Positions 17,945 to 25,369 of a DNA stretch of 64,000 bases are shown in pieces. A program made the translations under genes and the position numbers. The DNA lies in NCBI GenBank assembly GCA_934371135.1, contig CAKRNO010000006.1:7751-71750 (forward strand). Reading direction: 5' to 3'. Numbering within the stretch: the stretch's first letter is position 1; each line of letters begins with the position of its first letter. The notes under the pieces were generated by a model. The model saw nothing but the letters and a program-made list of their open reading frames with translations, did not search any database and had not been told where the DNA came from. This stretch comes from an uncultured Eubacteriales bacterium (GTDB taxonomy: Bacteria > Bacillota > Clostridia > Oscillospirales > CAG-272).

Positions 17945-18952
17945 TTATGACGGCTCACTCGCGTTCCACTCGCGGATGACGGCGAGAACCTCGTCGAAGC
18001 CGTCACAGTAGCGGTCGCAGAGCGCTTTGGTACCGGACTTCTCAATATTGCCGCCGGCGAAGCCGATGACGGGGAAGCCCGCAAGGCGGATGGAGCAGAC
18101 GCCGGCGCCGCTGTCCTCAATGCCGACGACATGGCAGCGGTCGGATTCCGGCACGCCGAGCCCGACGGTCGCCGCCTCGGCGTACAACCAGGGGTGCGGC
18201 TTCGGCGACAGCTCGCCGAGGGTGCCGACCTCGCCGCGGCGGAGCGGGAAGCCCGCGGAGATAGAGCAGTCATAGAAGTCCTTGGGGTCGCCCATACCGA
18301 GGGTATCAAAGGCGGATTTGATCTCCGGCCACGCCTTTTCGTAAAGGCCGCTCGTGACGAGCCCGATCTTGACACCCATGGCTTTGAGCGCGAGCAGGAA
18401 CTCTTTCAGGTGTTCGCTCGGCGTGAAGGCGCCGGCTTTGCCGCGCCCCTCCATGATCTCGTGCATCTCGCGGTGGGTGTGCTCGAAGTAGAATTCACGC
18501 GCTCTCTCGAGCGAGGCACCGGGGCAATATTTGTCGATACAGTATTGCAGATGCTCGGAGACCGAATGCCCCGAGACAAACGGCAGATCCACCTCGGAGA
18601 GACGGAAACTCATATCGTCGAGCAGGGACGCCGTCGTCTGTTCGATGATCCAGATCCAGAAGGATTCACTCTTGACACTGGTGCCGTCGAGGTCCATAAG
18701 GACCGCGCGGATGGGGCCCTTCGGGGTCACTGGCTTAACCGGATAGTAGGCGGGGTAATTCATCGCGGAGAGGACGTAGGCAAGGGTGTGGTCGCGGAAC
18801 GCGATGAACTGCACCTTGCCGTCGCCCGTGGCATAAATGCCCGTGACGCCGTCCTCACCGACGCGGAAATGTCCGTCGCTGCACTCTGCTCGCGGGACAA
18901 GTCCGCTCGTTTCGTCAAAGTCCCCGAGGTCGGGGATGTGATAGGTTGCCAT
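17945..18952 (-). CDS. HAD-superfamily hydrolase (beta-phosphoglucomutase-like) with an ~85-aa unknown N-terminal extension
   Basis: Motif I LMDLDGTSV and motif IV VGIEDSGAGV. AAAGGA lies 9 nt before ATG 18952 (MATYHIPDL). The ORF is open to 18973. Confidence 0.8.
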   Translation of the reverse strand: MATYHIPDLGDFDETSGLVPRAECSDGHFRVGEDGVTGIYATGDGKVQFIAFRDHTLAYVLSAMNYPAYYPVKPVTPKGPIRAVLMDLDGTSVKSESFWIWIIEQTTASLLDDMSFRLSEVDLPFVSGHSVSEHLQYCIDKYCPGASLERAREFYFEHTHREMHEIMEGRGKAGAFTPSEHLKEFLLALKAMGVKIGLVTSGLYEKAWPEIKSAFDTLGMGDPKDFYDCSISAGFPLRRGEVGTLGELSPKPHPWLYAEAATVGLGVPESDRCHVVGIEDSGAGVCSIRLAGFPVIGFAGGNIEKSGTKALCDRYCDGFDEVLAVIREWNASEPS

Positions 18953-18973
18953 CGTTCTGTGTCCTTTTGTCAA

Positions 18974-21817
18974 TCAGTTGCTTTTCTTCAGCAGGAAGGT
19001 CTCGATCTTATGCGGAGCGAGTGTCAGACCGAAAGCGCCGTTCTCAAAGGCGACGGGCTCCGGCTGGGTCTCGTCGAGGCGCACGCGCTCGACACCCGCG
19101 ATCGGGAGGATCGTCTTGATCTCGAGCGGCAGAGCCTCGCCGGTGGTGTTCCAGACACGCAGGACGAAGTCCTGACCGTTCTCCGCGAGCTTCAGGGCAG
19201 AGGTCAGCACCTGTTTTTCGGGCGAGACGGTGATGAAGCTTGCCTCGACGGGCAGCGACCCCTCGTGCGGGACGCCCTGCGCCGCCTTGACCGGTACCTT
19301 GAAGGCGTAGGCGGTGTTCAGCACCTCTGCGCTCTGCCAGTTGCCGGTGTGCGGATAGATCGCGTAGTCGTATTCGAGCGTGCCGAAGCTGTGCTGACCG
19401 GTATATTTGTCAAGTTCTTCGACGTTCATCTTGGAGTTTGCCGTCATGTAGGCGCGCTGGGTGCGGATGAGCGTAATCTTGACCGTCCGCTCGCTGTCGT
19501 CCTCGACCTCGTACTCGCGCAGACCGCGGGTCATGATGGCGGTGCCGATCTTGCCGTCCGAGATGTCCACGAAGTTCTGCATGGGCTGGAACGGGAAGAA
19601 GCCCTCGGCGTTGTCCTTATGGTCGCGCCAGCGGATGGTGCGCGAGGCGACGTCCCATGCGCTCTCGACGTCCGCGAAGTTCGCCCCCGCAACGCCGGTC
19701 GGGAAGTTGACCGTGAGCTTGTGGTCGCGGATCTCGTTTGTCAGTTTGGTGTGAATCTTCAGATACCGCGCGTCCTTTTCGAGCGTCAGCGTGGTCGTGA
19801 TCGGGAGCTCGCGCATCTCACGGGTGCGGTCGTCGCCCTCCACGGTCGCCGCCGCGGGCAGGAGCATCGAGAGCTCAATGCGGAATTTGCCGCGCAGCGT
19901 GTTGCTCTCCAGCATCGTAATGCGGGCATTCGCGCCGAGAGAGGTATAGATCGCGTTGCGCTTCGGCACATTCGAGATGTGCGCGGAGCCGACCTCGCCG
20001 CTGTCGGTGAAGAAGTGCAGGTTCTTCATCGTCCGCCCGGTCTCCTTATCGAGCATATCGAAGGTGCCGTTCGGGTGCAGAGTGACCTTGAGATAGCGGT
20101 TCTCGAGCGTGCCGCCGTCGCGGGCGATGAGCGCCCGGTCGGGCATGATTTCCGGGTGGTAGGCAAACTCGGGCTCTCTCATGCGCACGGCGTAAGTAAC
20201 ATAACCGTTCTGCGGTACCCGGGCTTTGACGAGCAGGCGCTTGCGGTTCGCGTTGAACTTGATCGCCTTGGTATCCAGCTCGCGCTCGACACCGATCGCG
20301 ATGTCGTCGCGGCTGAGCTCCACATATTCAATTTTGTTGCCGTTCTGGTCGATGATGTCGAAGAAGTCGCCGAGGACGGCGGCACCGCCGACACCGATGT
20401 CACCACCGGCGCCCTTGACTTCCTTGGGCGTATCGACGACGAGCTCCACCACTTCTTCCCGCTCGTAGGGGAGGGTGTTGAACAGCGTGAGCGTATAGTC
20501 GCTCTGACGATAGACACCGAGAGAGCCGATACTGCCGGTGAGGCTGATGACGCTGCGGTTGGTGCACTCCTCCGCCACCGTCTTGGCGAGGGAGAAGTTG
20601 TACATCATATCTTCATGCGCGCGGTCGACGGCGGCGCCGCAGATGCTGTCGTGCGCATGGTTCTTGAGCAGGTACTTCCACGCGCGCTTGATGTTCGTGC
20701 GCGGATATTCCTTGCCGTAGAGGGCGGCGTACGTGGAGAGCGGTTCGCAGAGGTTGATGAGGTTGTTCTCCACATCGTCGTTATAGAGCTTGATCCTGAT
20801 ACGCGAGGAGTGCGTCGCACCGAGCAGGGCGTTGAAGTTGTTATACTCCATCGTTGTGTAGCGGAGCTCGCCCGTGTGATGCGCGCGCTCGTAGCCGGGG
20901 ACGGACGAGATGGCAGCCATATAATCGTCCATGCTGTCCTGTATGATCTCCACGTCCGGGTACAGCTTGTTCATGTCGGCGATGAGCTCGGGGAGGTACC
21001 GGTACGGCTCGTCGTTGTCCTCCATGTTGAGCGCGAGGATATGGTCGCCGATCTTGTACGGCTCCGCCTGCGCGAGCAGGTGGTCGAGCGCCTCCTTCTG
21101 CACCTTGGGGTCGTGGATATAGTCGAAGTCCTCATGCAGGAGCGTGAACGCCTTCTCATAGGACTGCATATCCGCCATGTGTGCGGGGAGCTGCGAGGCA
21201 TCATAGGTATAGGTCAGGTCCTTCAGTCCCTTGCCGAGGACGGCGGGACCGTGGACATAGAAGAACCAGTTTGTCCGCGTCACCTCGTCAAAGGTGCGCA
21301 GGGTGGTGATGGTGCTGCCGTCCGGCGCCGACCAGTCGAAAAGGGGCGTCAGGACGTGCTTGTTCGTGCCGCGGTAGAAGATCGCGTTCTCGATACCGAA
21401 CCCGCGGTACAGCTGCGGGAGCTGGGAGGGCTGACCGTAGGAGGTCGCCGTGTAACCCGATTTCATGCCGCCACCGAGGGCGTCCGCCATCTGGTGCCCG
21501 AGCAGGAGGTTCCGGATGAGTGCCTCGGGGGCGACGGTGTTCGTCTCGGGCAGGGTGTACCAGTTGACGACGAACAGGCGCTTGTCCGCAATCAGTTTTT
21601 TGACGCGGTCGCGGTTCTCCGGGCGGATGGTGAAGTAGTCCTCGAGGACAATGGTACCGCCGTCTACGCAGAAGTAGGAATACTGGGGCTTCGTTTCGAG
21701 AAGATGAATAATATTGTCCATCAGATCGGCGAGCCGCAGTTTGCTCTGCTCGGCGGTGTGTCGCCACTCCCGATCCCAGTGTGTGCCGCTGATCAAGTGT
21801 ACAATACGACGTTTCAT
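18974..21817 (-). CDS. GH38 family alpha-mannosidase (cytosolic, MngB-like)
   Basis: RBS AAGGAGA before MKRRIVHLISGTHWDREWRH, the typical GH38 N-terminal metal-site motif. 947 aa and no signal peptide. Confidence 0.9.
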   Translation of the reverse strand: MKRRIVHLISGTHWDREWRHTAEQSKLRLADLMDNIIHLLETKPQYSYFCVDGGTIVLEDYFTIRPENRDRVKKLIADKRLFVVNWYTLPETNTVAPEALIRNLLLGHQMADALGGGMKSGYTATSYGQPSQLPQLYRGFGIENAIFYRGTNKHVLTPLFDWSAPDGSTITTLRTFDEVTRTNWFFYVHGPAVLGKGLKDLTYTYDASQLPAHMADMQSYEKAFTLLHEDFDYIHDPKVQKEALDHLLAQAEPYKIGDHILALNMEDNDEPYRYLPELIADMNKLYPDVEIIQDSMDDYMAAISSVPGYERAHHTGELRYTTMEYNNFNALLGATHSSRIRIKLYNDDVENNLINLCEPLSTYAALYGKEYPRTNIKRAWKYLLKNHAHDSICGAAVDRAHEDMMYNFSLAKTVAEECTNRSVISLTGSIGSLGVYRQSDYTLTLFNTLPYEREEVVELVVDTPKEVKGAGGDIGVGGAAVLGDFFDIIDQNGNKIEYVELSRDDIAIGVERELDTKAIKFNANRKRLLVKARVPQNGYVTYAVRMREPEFAYHPEIMPDRALIARDGGTLENRYLKVTLHPNGTFDMLDKETGRTMKNLHFFTDSGEVGSAHISNVPKRNAIYTSLGANARITMLESNTLRGKFRIELSMLLPAAATVEGDDRTREMRELPITTTLTLEKDARYLKIHTKLTNEIRDHKLTVNFPTGVAGANFADVESAWDVASRTIRWRDHKDNAEGFFPFQPMQNFVDISDGKIGTAIMTRGLREYEVEDDSERTVKITLIRTQRAYMTANSKMNVEELDKYTGQHSFGTLEYDYAIYPHTGNWQSAEVLNTAYAFKVPVKAAQGVPHEGSLPVEASFITVSPEKQVLTSALKLAENGQDFVLRVWNTTGEALPLEIKTILPIAGVERVRLDETQPEPVAFENGAFGLTLAPHKIETFLLKKSN

Positions 21818-21856
21818 GAGGCAATCTCCTTTTTTGGATTTCATTTTCGGTATCAT

Positions 21857-21873
21857 GAAAAAACCGTTTTTCT
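21857..21873. promoter_or_regulatory. Predicted LacI-type operator O1 (GAAAAAACCGTTTTTCT)
   Basis: Contains the 14-mer AAAACCGTTTTTCT and the 13-nt palindrome AAAAAC-C-GTTTTT. Lies 3 nt downstream of the -10 of the GH38 promoter. Confidence 0.5.
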
Positions 21874-21875
21874 TA

Positions 21876-21904
21876 ATCATATCACGGCATTTCGTGTTTG
21901 TAAA
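21876..21904 (-). promoter_or_regulatory. Predicted sigma-A promoter of the GH38-HAD operon
   Basis: Minus strand reads TTTACA, a 17-nt spacer, then TATGAT. Confidence 0.45.
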
Positions 21905-21943
21905 CAAAAAAATGAAAAAATCTCAAAAAATTTTAGATTAATA

Positions 21944-21972
21944 GTGCAAAGTACGTCGGAATATGCTATAAT
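21944..21972 (+). promoter_or_regulatory. Predicted extended -10 promoter of the cytosolic GxGYxYP gene
   Basis: TGcTATAAT at 21964-21972 with a weak -35 (GTGCAA) 17 nt upstream. Confidence 0.4.
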
Positions 21973-21976
21973 AGAT

Positions 21977-21992
21977 AAAAAATCGGTTTTCT
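21977..21992. promoter_or_regulatory. Predicted operator O2, degenerate copy (AAAAAATCGGTTTTCT)
   Basis: Resembles O1/O3 at 13 of 16 positions. Lies 5 nt downstream of the -10 at 21967-21972. Confidence 0.35.
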
Positions 21993-22009
21993 AATTGGGG
22001 GATATAACC

Positions 22010-23506
22010 ATGGTGTACGCAATCAGGGCAGGGGAAATGAGCCGGGAGGCGTTCGCGCTCGCGATCTTTTTGCAGGGCGGTGTCAATCGGCGCAGCCGCC
22101 GGCTGGTGCTGGACATTGACAACTATCTTTCTTATATAAAGGATGAGATCGAATACCTGACGCTCGGGGAGGCGATCGCGCGTTTTGCCGGCGAGTTCGA
22201 CGGGCTCGCGGTCTTTGACCTCGGGACGGGGGATGTGTCCGTCAACCTCGCCGCCACGGTCTGCGCGGCGGAGAACCTGCTCGGCGTGCCGCGCGGACTC
22301 CTTGGGCTCCTGCCTGCCGGTCGGGTAGTGTTTGATGCGGCGGATATCCACGGGACGAACGCCGAGCGGCAACGGGAAATATTCTACCGCTATCGTGATA
22401 AACTCGATCGCCGCGGGCTCGTGCATCAGGTGGTCGTCGGCGACGATTACCACCTGCAGCTACGCGACTTTGCCATCGCGCGGGGGTATCTGACCTTCTT
22501 CACCGACGAGACGGAAGAAGATCTGGCACTCCGGCGGGAGGTGCTGACATGGGCAGAGCGCAACATCCCAGTGTACGGCTGGACGACGGACGAGATCGGC
22601 TTCGTCCGCAGCATTTCCGAGTACGGGAACTATGTCATCCCCATGGACTGGTCGTGTAACCACAGTTATTTCGGTACTGACCGGGCGGTGTGCGTGAAGC
22701 AGCAGGCGGACCCGCCGAAGCCCCTCACACCGGGGAAGCATTATCTGACCATCGTCGTATCGGACGGGGATAACGTGCAGTGGCTGGAGCGCGATTTCTC
22801 GACGACGAGCCACTACGGCCAGCGCATACGCTCGGCACATGGCTATCCGATGAACTGGACGATCGCCCCTGCCATGGCGCATCTTTGCCCCGAGGTGTTG
22901 CGCTATATTTACGGGCAGGCAGAGCACGATTACTTTATCACAGGCGTTTCCGGCGTGGGGTACAACAACATCATGACCTACCCGCGCGAGCATCTGTCGC
23001 GGTATGCGGAGCTGACGGCGGAAGCCATGGCATCGGCAGACCTTACCTATATGTGTATGCTCGATAACCTCGCCACTACCCGGGATACGGCAGAGGTGAC
23101 GGCACGGCTCGACGAATTTGCGAAGTATGACGGCATCGGCGGCGGCATCTGGGAGCTTGACCCCGATCGGTACGAGTCGGGGCGGGGGCGCGTCTTTTTC
23201 TCCTCGAACGGAAAGCCGTTCGTCTCCGTCCGCCTGTCGCTCTGGCACCCCTCCAACCGACCGGAGAATGTGACCGCCGAATGGGTGGAGAGCTATGCCG
23301 AACGTATCAACGCGTTGCCGATAAAACCTGACTCCATCGACGGTTATACCGTCCTGAACGTCCACCCGTGGACGACGAACATCGCGGAGCTCGATGACCT
23401 GGTGGCGCACCTCGCCGACCATGTGGAGATCGTCTCCGTCCGGGACTTCCTCGAAGGCGTGCGGCAGAATATCCCGCACAAAAACGCCTGCCCCGAAGCG
23501 TTATGA
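22010..23506 (+). CDS. GxGYxYP-family protein (putative glycoside hydrolase), cytosolic paralogue
   Basis: No signal peptide. Blocks VVSDGDNVQWLERDF, SGVGYNNIMTYP and VLNVHPWT are shared with 31433-34459 and 34536-36170. ATG 22010 follows GGGGGA; the track TTG is at 21995. Confidence 0.75.
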   Translation: MVYAIRAGEMSREAFALAIFLQGGVNRRSRRLVLDIDNYLSYIKDEIEYLTLGEAIARFAGEFDGLAVFDLGTGDVSVNLAATVCAAENLLGVPRGLLGLLPAGRVVFDAADIHGTNAERQREIFYRYRDKLDRRGLVHQVVVGDDYHLQLRDFAIARGYLTFFTDETEEDLALRREVLTWAERNIPVYGWTTDEIGFVRSISEYGNYVIPMDWSCNHSYFGTDRAVCVKQQADPPKPLTPGKHYLTIVVSDGDNVQWLERDFSTTSHYGQRIRSAHGYPMNWTIAPAMAHLCPEVLRYIYGQAEHDYFITGVSGVGYNNIMTYPREHLSRYAELTAEAMASADLTYMCMLDNLATTRDTAEVTARLDEFAKYDGIGGGIWELDPDRYESGRGRVFFSSNGKPFVSVRLSLWHPSNRPENVTAEWVESYAERINALPIKPDSIDGYTVLNVHPWTTNIAELDDLVAHLADHVEIVSVRDFLEGVRQNIPHKNACPEAL

Positions 23507-23515
23507 AAATAATAC

Positions 23516-23544
23516 TTTACAAGACTTTTCAATTTGTATATAAT
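23516..23544 (+). promoter_or_regulatory. Predicted sigma-A promoter of the LacI-family gene
   Basis: TTTACA, a 17-nt spacer, then TATAAT. Confidence 0.5.
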
Positions 23545-23646
23545 ACAGGAAGAAACCCTTTGGGAAATCCTCCCTCCGTTTCCCGTATCTGACGGGGAGG
23601 AGCCGTAATCTGAACGCACCGCGCTGTGTGAAAAGGAGAAAACAAC

Positions 23647-24654
23647 ATGGTAACGATCAGTGATATTGCGGAGAAGGCGGGTGTCGCCAAATCCACCGTA
23701 TCCAATGCGCTCACCGGGAAGAAATTCGTCAGCGAGCCGCTGAAACAACGGATCCTGCAGATCTGTGAGGAAATGAATTTCAGCCCGAACTTTTACGCAT
23801 CGGGGCTGTACGGGCATCGTACCAATATCATCGGGTTGTTCCTCGAGGAGAGCAAGGGCGGCACCTACCATGCCTACTATACGGAGCTCATCGAATCCTG
23901 CCTGAAGTATGTATCCAAGCACGGCTACAATCTTCTCATCTATTATAATCTGGAATCGGGCAGACGCAAAAATGCGCTCACAAAGGGGAGGTCTCCGATC
24001 GACGGCGCCATTGTCAGCGCGCCGCTGATCGAAGATCACCGTATCTTGCAGATCGAGAACAACTCCACCCCGTGCGTGAGCATCGGTAAACCGGGGGACA
24101 ACACACATTTGAGTTATGTCGACATCGACAACGTGAAGCTCATACATGATGCCGTGAACATACTTGCCGTCAACGGTTACGAGCGTATTTATCTGCTCAA
24201 CAGTGATGAGCACCTGTCGATCTCGCAGGAGCGTACCGCCGCATTCCACGCGGCGAAGGAGGAGCGCTCGCTGCCGGTCCATGAAGGAGACGTCGTGTAT
24301 GCGCGCGGGAGCAGCGCGGACGAAGGTAAACATTTTGCTGACGGATTGCTTCGGAAAAATGTCGCTTTCCTCACGGCGAATACCCGTCTTGCCGAGGGTG
24401 TGTATGCCGCGGCGGAGGCGGCGGGACTGGAAATCGGGCGCGAGGTCGGGGTGTTCGCACTCGGCGGAGAAAAGAACGAGAAGGTGACGCCGAACCTCGC
24501 CTATGCGAGCCAGGACTATGCGCGCCTTGCCAAAATGGCGGCAAAATGCCTCATCAAGCAGCTGGAGGGGGCAATCGAGGATGAAGCCCCCGCAGTGGAG
24601 ACTGCGCTGATCGCCAGTAAGATTCACTTCGACTCCTCTGTGAACCGGGGTTGA
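23647..24654 (+). CDS. LacI family transcriptional regulator
   Basis: N-terminal HTH MVTISDIAEKAGVAKSTVSNALTGKKFVS and a periplasmic-binding-protein-like core. RBS AAAGGAGAA. Confidence 0.9.
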   Translation: MVTISDIAEKAGVAKSTVSNALTGKKFVSEPLKQRILQICEEMNFSPNFYASGLYGHRTNIIGLFLEESKGGTYHAYYTELIESCLKYVSKHGYNLLIYYNLESGRRKNALTKGRSPIDGAIVSAPLIEDHRILQIENNSTPCVSIGKPGDNTHLSYVDIDNVKLIHDAVNILAVNGYERIYLLNSDEHLSISQERTAAFHAAKEERSLPVHEGDVVYARGSSADEGKHFADGLLRKNVAFLTANTRLAEGVYAAAEAAGLEIGREVGVFALGGEKNEKVTPNLAYASQDYARLAKMAAKCLIKQLEGAIEDEAPAVETALIASKIHFDSSVNRG

Positions 24655-24687
24655 CCCGCACCCCCATGCGCCATTCGGCGCTTCGAC

Positions 24688-24726
24688 ATACCGCCCCGGT
24701 GGAGATCTCCGGAGCGGTATTTTTTC
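24688..24726 (+). terminator. Intrinsic terminator after the LacI gene
   Basis: Stem ATACCGC..CCGG/CCGG..GCGGTAT is followed by TTTTTT. Confidence 0.65.
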
Positions 24727-24929
24727 GGTGCGGCACCGACGGGGCTCCCGGGCGCCGGCTATAAGACCCGGGCGCCGGGGCAATTGCCTACCTTATAAGT
24801 AATTCACGCGCGCATCTTGCCGTGGGACACAGAAAAAACAGCAGGGAAATAGGAGAGTCTGCACGTTCCAAAAGGAAAGGCAACCAAAAATCCCAAAACT
24901 TTTTTGTCGAAAATGTCAAAATAAAGGTA

Positions 24930-24959
24930 TTGACAACTGACGTTTTCGTGCGTTATAAT
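24930..24959 (+). promoter_or_regulatory. Consensus sigma-A promoter of the 25370-38165 operon
   Basis: Perfect TTGACA, an 18-nt spacer, then perfect TATAAT. It lies in an AT-rich pocket about 400 nt upstream of the first start codon. Confidence 0.6.
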
Positions 24960-24971
24960 AAATTGAACAAC

Positions 24972-24987
24972 AAAAAACCGTTTTTCT
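24972..24987. promoter_or_regulatory. Predicted operator O3 (AAAAAACCGTTTTTCT)
   Basis: Same 16-mer as O1. Starts 13 nt after the -10, so it covers the expected transcription start. Confidence 0.5.
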
Positions 24988-25112
24988 ACTTGCGCATACA
25001 TCGCCGGTCGGCGTCATGTAGCCGGTAGGGAAAGAACCACTCCGTCTCCACTGTTGGCTCATGTAAAAGGCTGACCGCCTCCGCGGTAGACGGGGTCATT
25101 TTTAGACCGTTC

Positions 25113-25128
25113 AGAAAAACGGTTTTCC
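25113..25128. promoter_or_regulatory. Predicted auxiliary operator O4 (inverted copy)
   Basis: The reverse complement contains the same 14-mer AAAACCGTTTTTCT. Centre-to-centre distance to O3 is about 140 bp. Confidence 0.4.
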
Positions 25129-25369
25129 AAATCCGGCGGCAAAATCACGCGGCAAATGCCGTGCCGGTACCGCGGTCTCCCGCCATGGATGCCATGGTCG
25201 CTGCCACAGAGGGCAGAAAAGCGGCACGGCGTGACGTAGCCGTCCGCTTCGATAAGACCCCCGGCTCCGGGACGGTTTCTCGCAGGGGGCAAAAACAAGT
25301 GAATCCGGGCATACGCCCAAAAAATAAACCACCGCGTACGCATACGCAAAAAAAGAAAGGATGGACCCC

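Noticed and set aside
21856-21875. Interpretation of the AAAACCGTTTTTCT sites as CcpA cre boxes
   Set aside because: The cre consensus (TGWAANCGNTNWCA) is symmetric about CG. These sites are symmetric about a single C/G and lack the TG...CA ends. Their exclusive clustering around the LacI gene favours a local repressor.
18131-21994. 1287-aa plus-strand ORF covering the whole GH38 region
   Set aside because: It is antisense to a gene with unmistakable GH38 motifs and a good RBS. The product is Arg/Gly/Ala/Val-rich low-complexity sequence, with no RBS. This is a typical shadow ORF of high-GC3 coding DNA.
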